DNA of 64,000 nt from assembly GCA_017515285.1 (NCBI GenBank), contig JAFWGN010000007.1, forward strand, positions 48,921 through 112,920, given 5' to 3'. Shown here in pieces: positions 1 through 8,233 of this stretch. The notes beneath the pieces are model-generated. The model was not told the DNA's origin, made no database searches, and worked only from the letters and a program-made list of their open reading frames with translations. The first letter of the stretch is position 1. Every line of letters starts with the position of its first letter. The translations under genes and the position numbers were made by a program. Source of the DNA: Candidatus Saccharimonadota bacterium. Lineage in GTDB: Bacteria; Patescibacteriota; Saccharimonadia; Saccharimonadales; Saccharimonadaceae.

Positions 1-329
1 AAAATGTTATTCAGAATATTGCGAATCATCGTGCAGGTCGTACCCTTACCCTTGGTTCCGGTGACGCCGATGATGGGACAGGGGCAATGGTGGAAGAAAA
101 ATTTGGTGACGCTCGTGACCTTTTTGGGGTCGGCCTCGATGAACTTAGGGGGGATGGACGGGGTGCGGAAAATTAAATCGTATTTGCTAAAATCTTTGAA
201 GAGGAGTTCTTCTTTTTTGAAATTGTCGAGGACTTCGATTGAGGTGTGTTCGAAAAGAACAGGGTCGGATTTGAAATAGTTTTCGACGCTCTTACCCTCG
301 ACGCCGTGGCCTAAAATCAAGATGTTCAT
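1..329 (-). CDS. murD: UDP-N-acetylmuramoylalanine--D-glutamate ligase MurD, N-terminal part (gene continues beyond window start)
   Basis: Reverse-complement translation from ATG (complement of 327-329) gives MNILILGHGVEGKSV...IIGVTGTKGKGTTCTMI. The GxTGTxGKxT motif is the Mur-ligase P-loop. The ORF is absent from the supplied track because it runs off the window edge. Confidence 0.8.
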   Translation of the reverse strand, partial: MNILILGHGVEGKSVENYFKSDPVLFEHTSIEVLDNFKKEELLFKDFSKYDLIFRTPSIPPKFIEADPKKVTSVTKFFFHHCPCPIIGVTGTKGKGTTCTMIRNILNNI

Positions 330-351
330 AATATAAGTATATCATAAATTG

Positions 352-451
352 CTTCCCTCGGCCCTAGGTCTTCTTATTTTGAACATAGAGGACTAAAGAA
401 CTAGATTTATATCTTGGCAATAGATTATTGAAGACCTAGAGCGGAAGGAAG
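352..451. repeat. Palindromic repeat family A, copy 1 (about 100 bp hairpin-forming element: cttccctcggccctaggtc ... gacctagagcggaaggaag)
   Basis: Near-identical copy at 29260-29359 (1 mismatch in about 100 nt) and a short 60 bp variant at 63749-63808. The termini are imperfect inverted repeats. Confidence 0.85.
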
Positions 452-696
452 GTTCGAGCTCGGCTTCTAGGGCTTGCGGTCGAGCTTTTTCGGGGCGGTT
501 CGCAGTTCTATTTTCGTCCTGGTCCTCGTCGCGCGGGATTTCGCGTTCGGATTTTGGGCATGTTCTCGCACATATACAGGGCTATCGCGCCTCATAGTGC
601 TCGAACTTGCAAAACCCTCGCGCAAAATCGCCGGCTCCTGCGGATTCGGACTAAAACAGAACAGCAAACCGCCACCGACGCCAAATTGTTAAATTA

Positions 697-3411
697 CTAG
701 TCGCGGGCGAGACAACGGATTGGCAGACCATTGATTTTGGCAGTGCCAGCCTGCGCGCTAAAGAAACCGCTAAAACTAAAATCGAAAATTCGAACCGATG
801 ACGAGTCGTGCCCAGTAGAAGACCAGAACATTCCGTTATTACCGCGACTTATTAATGCTCCATTGTTCCAATAATAGTATCCAAACATGGCGCTAGAAAT
901 CGGTAGCTGTATCGCTCCGGTAATAGAGGCACCACTGCCATATCCACTGCCAGTTAAAGAATAGGCATCTCGAAACAATTTAAGCCATGAGCCATTACTC
1001 GCGGAATCACCCGCTGGAAGTTTCCAGCCCTTCGGACAGATATCTTGCGATACGGTAGTGTCTGTGTCGTATTTGTATTGGCCAACTCCAGCCGTAGCTG
1101 CATACCAGTTATAGTAATCACCAAAGTACATCGAACCCCGCATGGTAAAGCTGTCGTTGTCGTCATCACCGCCACCGCCGTGGTCGGTAATTAACCCCGG
1201 TTGCCAAGCGCTATCGTGAGTCAAATTATTAGAACCAGAATAGGTTCCTTCCGGAAGCGAAACCATGCCTTTATAATTCATTCTACACTCGCTATGCCCG
1301 CTTCTTTCGTCGGCAGTATACGATATACAGGTTGCAACTGGACCTAGGAGGTTTTGTGTACCGTCCATGTAGGCAGGACCTTTGCCTGAACCGGTAGAGG
1401 TAGCCGTAGCAGAGTCGTTGTTGTAGGAACGGGCGTAAGAAGTATTAGCATTGATAGCGACAGATATAATGTTTGCTCCCGTGCACATCCCCGCGTTTAC
1501 GGCGGTATTAGCTCCGAACGGGCCAGTACCTTCTGCGCAGACCGAACCCCACTTAAGATCGTTGCCGAAGTTGGATTCGGATTGGAATTGATAATTCACA
1601 ACAGAAAGGCCTGCGGTAGCCCCGGTGGTTTCTAGAACGGTGTTTTTGGCTAGCATGACGGCGCTTGGGTCCCAATAATCGCTCGTGATATTTGTATTTT
1701 CCGAGGTTAGATTATGTGTTCCGGCAAAGTCGGCGAGGTTAAGGTCTAGGTTCTGAACCATCCAACAGTTACCATCGGCCAACCTACGGACGAGATAAGT
1801 CTTTTGGTCGCGGTTGTCTTCGAGGAGGAAGGTGCCAGTGCCGACCTTGGCGGATTGGGAGGCTATCGTATAGCCGGATTCGAGAGTAGAGTTAGAGTTT
1901 ACGAGAGCGGTGGAGTCGAAGCCGGAAGCGGTGGAAGTGTTGTTAACGCCGGTAGTGTCGGTCGGGGAGTAGATTCTCGCGTTGGCGCCGATAGTCTTGC
2001 CCCAAGTGTTGGTGTTCTTACAGATGCTTCCCGTCATCTCCTGCATCTCCCTCACCACAAAGTCTTCTCCTTCCGTGTCCGTTGTCGATTGTAGGCCGAC
2101 GTAGGTAAACGAAGCGACCAGGTTGTTACTGCCGTCCTTATAGCGGCTGATGTAGTTATAATTATAGTTGTTAACCTTAATCCAAAAGTCGTATTCTCCC
2201 TTGCCGTCACCTTTCCCGAGTATTCCGTCAATTGTTTCCGGTAGTTCACAGTCAAGACTAGCTCCATTCTCGCCAAAGACTACGTTAGAAATACTTGTGC
2301 ATTCAGCGTAATCATTATTACTAATCGTAAGGCTAGTATTACTGAGGCCTCCATCGATGAGTTTAGCCACACTATGCTTAACGATGGCCACGGTTAAGTT
2401 ATCGGCCGACAAGTCACTGGCGGAAGTTGCGAGGTCAAACTCAAGATGAACCGTGTCTCCTTCCCCACCAAAGGATTTATCACGCTTAACGTTAGTGGAG
2501 ATTCTATCAAGGCTTCTTGCGGAAGCGAGAGCCGTATAGACGATTTGGTTGGAGTATTCTCCGGCAATCGTATCGGTGTCGACCATGGTGGCAAAGTAGA
2601 TGTCGAAGTGGTTGTTTTCTGTATCTCCCGTGATGGTTTCTTCATTACTGCCCGTATATGTGCCGAACCCTTTAGTGTTATTAGTTTCTTGTTTCCAAAT
2701 CATTTGAGAAAGAGAGGTATTATTAACTACTGGGATAGCTGCCCATTTGGTCGTATTATAAACGTTACTATTACTAGCCGTTAGGTCGGAGGTGATATAG
2801 CCAGAAGAGGAACTAATCGGATAGGCAGAGTAAGCAGAGGCATTGTCAAAGCCATTCGTTACCGGGCTTCCCGGCACCGCATATCCCCAAGCCGAACCGG
2901 AGAAGACAGAAGGCGAGGTCCAGGTCCCGGAAGTTGAGCCGTCCCCTACGGACGGTATCGGGATGTTAGTGGTTCCGTCAAGTAGAAGGTCGTTAACGGC
3001 TGTACCGGAAGTTGGGTTTGCCATGGAGATATAGACGGCATAGTACTTTCCGGAAGTGTTAATCCCGATAGTCTTCTTCGCTACCCGCATAGTGCCTTTA
3101 TTACTATCGCTATTACTAGTAGGAGTAATCGTTCCAAAATTGATGTCGCCATGTCCAACATTACTCGTTGACCCGCCGGCTTGAGTTGCCGCATAGTCCG
3201 GGTCAAGCTCAAGGCTAATCCCGCTCCAAAGGACAGAAGCAGAAAGGTTGGTGGTGGCGGAAGCCTCGGAGATTAGAGTTGGAACTAGCGCGAAGAAAAC
3301 TAGAAAAAGCAAGAACGACGCGGTTGATCCAATAAGGTATTTGCGGTAGAGTGTGCGAAGTCTTATGTTCGTTTCTGCGTCGGTTAGGGTTGGTGTTTTG
3401 GTTGGGTGCAT
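697..3411 (-). CDS. Large secreted/surface protein, Ser/Thr/Asn-rich, N-terminal membrane anchor, C-terminal domain resembling the Fibrobacter succinogenes major paralogous domain (paralog of 29731-31707)
   Basis: 904 aa with a hydrophobic N-terminus followed by the conserved LVPTLISEASAT. The C-terminal region has MQEMTGSIC, DGNCWMVQNL, YYNWYAA and CPKGWKLP, ending RCLARD; its paralog ends RCVARD. A strong RBS (aaaggaggactATG) precedes the start. The domain assignment is from memory of TIGR02145-type motifs. Confidence 0.6.
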   Translation of the reverse strand: MHPTKTPTLTDAETNIRLRTLYRKYLIGSTASFLLFLVFFALVPTLISEASATTNLSASVLWSGISLELDPDYAATQAGGSTSNVGHGDINFGTITPTSNSDSNKGTMRVAKKTIGINTSGKYYAVYISMANPTSGTAVNDLLLDGTTNIPIPSVGDGSTSGTWTSPSVFSGSAWGYAVPGSPVTNGFDNASAYSAYPISSSSGYITSDLTASNSNVYNTTKWAAIPVVNNTSLSQMIWKQETNNTKGFGTYTGSNEETITGDTENNHFDIYFATMVDTDTIAGEYSNQIVYTALASARSLDRISTNVKRDKSFGGEGDTVHLEFDLATSASDLSADNLTVAIVKHSVAKLIDGGLSNTSLTISNNDYAECTSISNVVFGENGASLDCELPETIDGILGKGDGKGEYDFWIKVNNYNYNYISRYKDGSNNLVASFTYVGLQSTTDTEGEDFVVREMQEMTGSICKNTNTWGKTIGANARIYSPTDTTGVNNTSTASGFDSTALVNSNSTLESGYTIASQSAKVGTGTFLLEDNRDQKTYLVRRLADGNCWMVQNLDLNLADFAGTHNLTSENTNITSDYWDPSAVMLAKNTVLETTGATAGLSVVNYQFQSESNFGNDLKWGSVCAEGTGPFGANTAVNAGMCTGANIISVAINANTSYARSYNNDSATATSTGSGKGPAYMDGTQNLLGPVATCISYTADERSGHSECRMNYKGMVSLPEGTYSGSNNLTHDSAWQPGLITDHGGGGDDDNDSFTMRGSMYFGDYYNWYAATAGVGQYKYDTDTTVSQDICPKGWKLPAGDSASNGSWLKLFRDAYSLTGSGYGSGASITGAIQLPISSAMFGYYYWNNGALISRGNNGMFWSSTGHDSSSVRIFDFSFSGFFSAQAGTAKINGLPIRCLARD

Positions 3412-3662
3412 AGTCCTCCTTTTGGTTGTTAAACCCCGAGGGCTGATACAAAAATGGCACCACGAGGGTGCAACCCATCCAAATTATCCGCTTTCGCCAA
3501 ATAAATACAGAATGGTCCCTTATGGTGCCATTTTTTGTATTTATGTGGCGCTAACAGTTTCTCTGTTGGTCTTTTAAAAAGGTGCGGTTCTAGTTTATTC
3601 AACTAGTACTGGATGGGTTGCATTTATGGTTTTATTTTAGCACAAGAAAAGTCGCCTTGCAA
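3412..3662 (-). promoter_or_regulatory. Promoter plus long structured 5' leader of the surface-protein gene
   Basis: On the minus strand, TTGCAA (complement of 3657-3662), a 17 nt spacer and TAAAAT (complement of 3634-3639). The leader contains interleaved inverted repeats (caacccatcc/ggatgggttg; aaaaatggcacc/ggtgccattttt) and a motif shared with the paralog leader (aaatggcRccacgag). Confidence 0.4.
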
Positions 3663-3722
3663 CATTGAAATTTTAACTAAATTATGTTATGCGACCTCTG
3701 TTTAACGGTCCGAGATTCTGAT

Positions 3723-4997
3723 TTAGAGCTTGAGGCGGGAGGAGAGGGCGGTGACGAGGGATTTGTCGCAGGCGCCGACGATGACGAGGGAGGAGATTTC
3801 GGAGGAAATGAGTTCGCGGGCGAGTTCGATGATTTCGGTTTTATCGACGGTGCGGACGATGTCGGGAACGAGGGTGTAATCTTCGATTTCGTCGGCTTTG
3901 AAGTATTCTTCGGCGTAGAAATCGGCGAGTTGGCCGACGGTTTGGGCCGCCATTTGGAAACGGCCGAGGCAATAACTTTTTGCGGCTTCGAGTTCATTGT
4001 CGTCGATTTCGCCATTTAGGACGCGAGAGAGTTCGGCGCGGATTAAATCGAAAAGCGGGATTGCGTTTTCTTCGTCAACTTCGCCGTCGAAATCCCAGGA
4101 CGATTTTGACTCGTCGAGGTTTAGGCTCGACCCCATGCCATAAACGAGACCGCGGCGACGGGCTTCGCCGAAAATTCGGCTTGACATCGTTCCGGTTAAG
4201 ATGTGGTTTAGGCAGCTCATGGCGATGGTGCAGGCGGAGTCAAAACGTCGCGGGGTGACAAAGGAAAAGCCGAAGGTTAAGTTAGAGGCGTCCTTTCTGC
4301 GGATGAGGACCGGGTCGGAGCCGTGAAGGTCGTCTAGGGGGACGTCGAGGCGCTCGCCGGGTTTTAGATTCCAGGAGTTAAGGTGTTTTAGGAGTTTATG
4401 ACGACGGCGGAAACCGAGACTTCCGGAGATGACGAAGCGCATATTCTCGGCGGTGTGGGTACGACGGTAATGTTCGCGGATGTCTTTTAACTCGATATTC
4501 GGAAGGGTGCGGACGCGCTCCTTTAGGTTTTGGACGTTTTCGCCGATGGACTGTTGGAGTCGGGGCCAGAGAAGGCGATTGTAATCGTTCATGTAGCCGG
4601 TGAGTTCGGATTTGACGTTTCCCTTTTCACTTTGGAGCTCCGCTTCGTTGAAACGTGGTTCGGTGATGGCGAGGCGTTTTAAGTCGAGAATTCGGTCCCA
4701 CTCGAAATCGGCGCACTCGGTTTCGTAGCAAATTGAAAAGTCGGAAGTCCAGGCGTTATGGTAAGCGCCGTTTTTGGTGAATTCAGATTCGTAGGCGGCT
4801 TCGGACTTGAATTTGCTGTTGGCGCCGAAACTTAAATGTTCGACGACATGGGCGATTTCGTAGAGTTCGGGCTTTTTGGAGTAGCGTAAGCCCCCGCGGA
4901 AACTGACACGGGTGGCCATCACGCTGGCGCCAGGGACGTTAATGAAGAGCCCCTTGGCGCCGTTTTTAAGTTTTACTTCCTCCACATAATGTCGCAT
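3723..4997 (-). CDS. M16 family (pitrilysin/insulinase-like) zinc peptidase
   Basis: 424 aa with the inverted zinc-binding motif HxxEH (HVVEHLSF) near the N-terminus, typical of M16 peptidases. Confidence 0.8.
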   Translation of the reverse strand: MRHYVEEVKLKNGAKGLFINVPGASVMATRVSFRGGLRYSKKPELYEIAHVVEHLSFGANSKFKSEAAYESEFTKNGAYHNAWTSDFSICYETECADFEWDRILDLKRLAITEPRFNEAELQSEKGNVKSELTGYMNDYNRLLWPRLQQSIGENVQNLKERVRTLPNIELKDIREHYRRTHTAENMRFVISGSLGFRRRHKLLKHLNSWNLKPGERLDVPLDDLHGSDPVLIRRKDASNLTFGFSFVTPRRFDSACTIAMSCLNHILTGTMSSRIFGEARRRGLVYGMGSSLNLDESKSSWDFDGEVDEENAIPLFDLIRAELSRVLNGEIDDNELEAAKSYCLGRFQMAAQTVGQLADFYAEEYFKADEIEDYTLVPDIVRTVDKTEIIELARELISSEISSLVIVGACDKSLVTALSSRLKL

Positions 4998-5011
4998 CTA
5001 CGCTCCGCTAT

Positions 5012-5037
5012 GGGGCTTTCTTTGCAAAGAAAGCCCC
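5012..5037. other. Perfect 26-bp palindrome (GGGGCTTTCTTTGCAAAGAAAGCCCC) immediately downstream of secA; possible hairpin terminator/processing site
   Basis: Seen directly. No adjacent T-run on either strand, so an intrinsic terminator is uncertain. Confidence 0.3.
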
Positions 5038-5106
5038 AACGAAAGAAACTTAGTTTATTCGCAAAAACAGGCAGATGTCCTGATTTTTGCGAAGGATTAT
5101 CAATTT

Positions 5107-7824
5107 TCATCTTTTCCTTTTATTTTTGTGTTGCTGTTTCCTTTTTTTGCGATTTTTGTTTCGAATTGTGTTGGAATTGGTATTTGGACCAGTTTTTTTC
5201 TTATTTTCTTCTTTGAATTCGCTGTCGAGGTTTTTGTCGCCCTTGGAGATTTCGTTAACGCCTTTTTCGGTGACGGTTTCCGCCATCTTGGTTAGTTCAG
5301 AATCGTATTCTTCGTCGTTGTTTTCGGGAAGGTTAGCTTCTTGGCGCGACAAGGTTAGAAGGATTTTTAAGACTTCTTCGCGGAGGTTTCTTTCGAGATT
5401 ATCGAAGAGTTTTTGGGACTCGGAGCGGTATTCGACGAGCGGATCACGTTGGCCGACGGAGCGCCAGTGAATTCCCTCGCGGAGATGTTGCATATTTTCC
5501 AGATGTTGCATCCAGAGTGCGTCGAGCACCTTGAGGTAAACTTCGCGCTCGACTTTACGCATGACGTCGCTACCGATTTCGGCTTCTTTTAGCGCGTAGG
5601 CTTCTTCGATGACGATGCGAGCGAGGTGGGCGCGGTCTTTTTCTTTCCGTAATTTTCCGATTTCGTCCACCAAATCTTCGTCAATCATCGGGAAGAGGCC
5701 GTGGAACTCTTCGTTGAACTTTTTGTTGATGCGGGAAGAGTCGCGGGTCAGGAAGTCGGCTTCGTCTTTGACTAGGCGCATAATTTCCGGGCGAATGTCG
5801 GCGCCTTCCAAGATTTGGCGGCGCATGGAATAGACGACTTTGCGGTGGCGGTTGATGACGTTGTCGTATTGGACGACGTTTTTGCGCGAGTCGAAGTTGA
5901 AACCTTCGATTTTCTTTTGGGCGTTTTCGAGGGTTTTGGAAATCGACTTGGTTTGGATTGGGGTGTCTTCATCGACGCCGAAACGGGTCATCAGTTGGGC
6001 GACGCGGTCGCCTTGGAAAATGCGCATCAAATCGTCTTCGCAAGAGACGAAGAATTGGGTGGTTCCGGGGTCGCCTTGGCGACCGCCACGACCACGGAGC
6101 TGGTTGTCGACGCGACGGGAATCGTGGCGAGCAGAGCCGATGACGACAAGGCCGCCGAGTTCCTTTACGCCTTCACCTAGTTTAATGTCGGTGCCGCGGC
6201 CGGCCATGTTGGTTGCGAGAGTGATAGCGCCTTTTTCGCCGGCGCGTTCGACGATGGCGGCTTCGCGCTCGTTGTTCTTGGCGTTCAAAATTTCGTAGTT
6301 AATGCCGCGTTCGTCAAGATAACGGGCAATTTCTTCGTTGTTTGCGATAGAGTCGGAGCCGACGAGAACGGGTTGACCCTTCGCGTGGTATTTTTCGATT
6401 TCGTTCGCGATGGCGCGGAGTTTACCGGCCTTGGTGCGGAAGATTAAGTCGTCTTTATCTACGCGGATGATGGGCTTGTTGGGTGGGATTTGAATGACGT
6501 CTAGGGCGTAGATTTGTTGGAACTCTTCGGCTTCAGTGAAGGCGGTTCCGGTCATCCCGGATAACTTATTGTAGAGGCGGAAGAAGTTTTGGAAAGAGAT
6601 GGTCGCGAGGGTCATGGACTCTTGCTTGACGGCGACGCCTTCTTTGGCTTCGATGGCCTGGTGCAAGCCTTCATTGTAGCGGCGGCCTTGCATGAGGCGG
6701 CCGGTGTGCTCATCGACGATGATGACTTCGCCCGAATTGGTTACGACATAGTCGCGGTCGCGCTTAAAAAGAGTTTCGGCACGAAGGGCTTGCTCCATGT
6801 GGTAAACGAAGTTGGTGTGTTTGGTGGAATAGAGCTCGTCGATACCGAGGAGTTCCTCGACTTTTTCGACGCCTTTATCGGTCAAGGTGACGGAGCGGTG
6901 CTTTTCGTCCAAAACGTAGTCGTCTTTGTTGAGTTGGGCAGCAATGCGGGCGAAAGCGTAGTAGGCGTCAGGATTGTCGCCGGCGGGAGCGGAGATGATG
7001 AGCGGGGTGCGGGCTTCGTCGATTAAGATAGAGTCAACTTCATCGACGATGGCGAAGTTGAGTTCGCGTTGACGGAGGAATTTGACTTCGCTGGTCATGT
7101 TGTCGCGGAGATAGTCGAAGCCGAATTCGTTGTTGGTACCGTAAGTAATGTCAGCGTTGTAGGCGTCTTTACGGGTTGCGGGCTTTAAGTGACGGAAGCG
7201 CTCGTCGGCGTGTTCCTCGTTGATATAGTCTTTATCGTAAACGAAGGAAGCGTTGTTGATAATGACGCCGACTTTGAGGCCGAGAAAATCATAAACGGGA
7301 CCGTTCCAACCGGCGTCGCGCTGAGCGAGGTAGTCGTTTACCGTAACGACGTGGACTCCTTTTCCGGGGAGAGCGTTCAAGACGGCGGGAAGGAGGGCGA
7401 CGAGGGTTTTGCCTTCGCCGGTTTTCATTTCGGCGACGTTGCCTTCGTGGAGCGCCATGCCGCCGATAAGTTGGACGTCGTAGGGGCGCATTCCAAGGAT
7501 GCGTTTCGTTGCTTCGCGACAGAGAGCGAAGACACTCGGGAGGAGATCGTCTAGGGATTTCTTCTTGGACGCTTCTCTAAATTCGGCGGCTTTTTCTTTT
7601 AGCTCGTCGTCGGACATTTTCTCGAACTTTGGTTCGAGCTTACCGATTTCTTGCGCCTTTTTGTAGTAGCGCTTCAAAATCTTTTTCTGAGCGTCGCCAA
7701 AAATACCTTGCAGGAATTTGTCGAGCGCGGTTTTGTCGGCGAGCTTGTCGGTCGGTTTCTTTTCTTTGGTCTTTTTCGGTTTAACGGGTTTTGCGGTTTT
7801 GGCCGCCCCTTGGTCTTTAGTCAT
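5107..7824 (-). CDS. secA: Preprotein translocase ATPase SecA
   Basis: 905 aa; LGMRPYDVQLIGGMALHEGNVAEMKTGEGKTLVA... matches the SecA DEAD-like motor. It has a Lys-rich N-terminal extension and a K/R-rich C-terminus. Confidence 0.95.
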   Translation of the reverse strand: MTKDQGAAKTAKPVKPKKTKEKKPTDKLADKTALDKFLQGIFGDAQKKILKRYYKKAQEIGKLEPKFEKMSDDELKEKAAEFREASKKKSLDDLLPSVFALCREATKRILGMRPYDVQLIGGMALHEGNVAEMKTGEGKTLVALLPAVLNALPGKGVHVVTVNDYLAQRDAGWNGPVYDFLGLKVGVIINNASFVYDKDYINEEHADERFRHLKPATRKDAYNADITYGTNNEFGFDYLRDNMTSEVKFLRQRELNFAIVDEVDSILIDEARTPLIISAPAGDNPDAYYAFARIAAQLNKDDYVLDEKHRSVTLTDKGVEKVEELLGIDELYSTKHTNFVYHMEQALRAETLFKRDRDYVVTNSGEVIIVDEHTGRLMQGRRYNEGLHQAIEAKEGVAVKQESMTLATISFQNFFRLYNKLSGMTGTAFTEAEEFQQIYALDVIQIPPNKPIIRVDKDDLIFRTKAGKLRAIANEIEKYHAKGQPVLVGSDSIANNEEIARYLDERGINYEILNAKNNEREAAIVERAGEKGAITLATNMAGRGTDIKLGEGVKELGGLVVIGSARHDSRRVDNQLRGRGGRQGDPGTTQFFVSCEDDLMRIFQGDRVAQLMTRFGVDEDTPIQTKSISKTLENAQKKIEGFNFDSRKNVVQYDNVINRHRKVVYSMRRQILEGADIRPEIMRLVKDEADFLTRDSSRINKKFNEEFHGLFPMIDEDLVDEIGKLRKEKDRAHLARIVIEEAYALKEAEIGSDVMRKVEREVYLKVLDALWMQHLENMQHLREGIHWRSVGQRDPLVEYRSESQKLFDNLERNLREEVLKILLTLSRQEANLPENNDEEYDSELTKMAETVTEKGVNEISKGDKNLDSEFKEENKKKTGPNTNSNTIRNKNRKKRKQQHKNKRKR

Positions 7825-7867
7825 TACTTACTCCACGGGAAATTAATATCGGTATTATTTTATCACA

Positions 7868-8233
7868 CTATCCACGTTTGAACAAACCACGGAGCCCTCT
7901 TTTTTCTTTCTTCAAGTGAGGGTTTTGCTCGAGTTTGAAACGGCGGATTTGACCGGTTAGTTTTGCTTCCAAGATGTCGATGCCGGCGTAGAGGTTAGAA
8001 CATTCGTCCTTTGCGGAGATGACTTTGCCACCAGGAATTTCCATCGCGCAAGAAATTTCGAATTTATTGCCGTGGTCGCGGCTCGATTCGGTGATGACAA
8101 CTTTGGCGACGACGTCTTTTTTGTTGGCGCGCGGAAGATAGCGGTCGAGTTTACCGATTTTTTTAGTGATGTATTTTCTGAGATTATCTTCGACTTTATA
8201 GTTTGAGCCGGAAATATCGACTTTGCTAATCAT
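7868..8233 (-). CDS. hpf: Ribosome hibernation promoting factor (HPF/RaiA family)
   Basis: 121 aa; N-terminal ...ISGSNYKVEDNLRKYITKKIGKLDRY matches the HPF/YfiA fold signature. RBS aaggagg. The position upstream of secA is a common arrangement. Confidence 0.85.
   Translation of the reverse strand: MISKVDISGSNYKVEDNLRKYITKKIGKLDRYLPRANKKDVVAKVVITESSRDHGNKFEISCAMEIPGGKVISAKDECSNLYAGIDILEAKLTGQIRRFKLEQNPHLKKEKRGLRGLFKRG

Noticed and set aside
4-279. Plus-strand 91-aa ORF at the window start
   Set aside because: It lies entirely antisense to the murD N-terminal coding region, which has the unmistakable GVTGTKGKGTT Mur-ligase motif. No RBS; spurious.
431-460. SRP-RNA-like GGAAGGAAG motif (gacctagagcggaaggaagg)
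   Set aside because: The motif is part of the family A repeat present in three copies. A 4.5S RNA gene should be single-copy and contain a GNRA-capped domain IV, which is not present here.
3677-4258. ORFs 3677-4015(-), 3684-4019(+), 3980-4258(+) with Pro/Ser- or Arg-rich translations
   Set aside because: They overlap the M16 peptidase gene in other frames. The low-complexity composition is typical of off-frame reading of GC-rich coding DNA.
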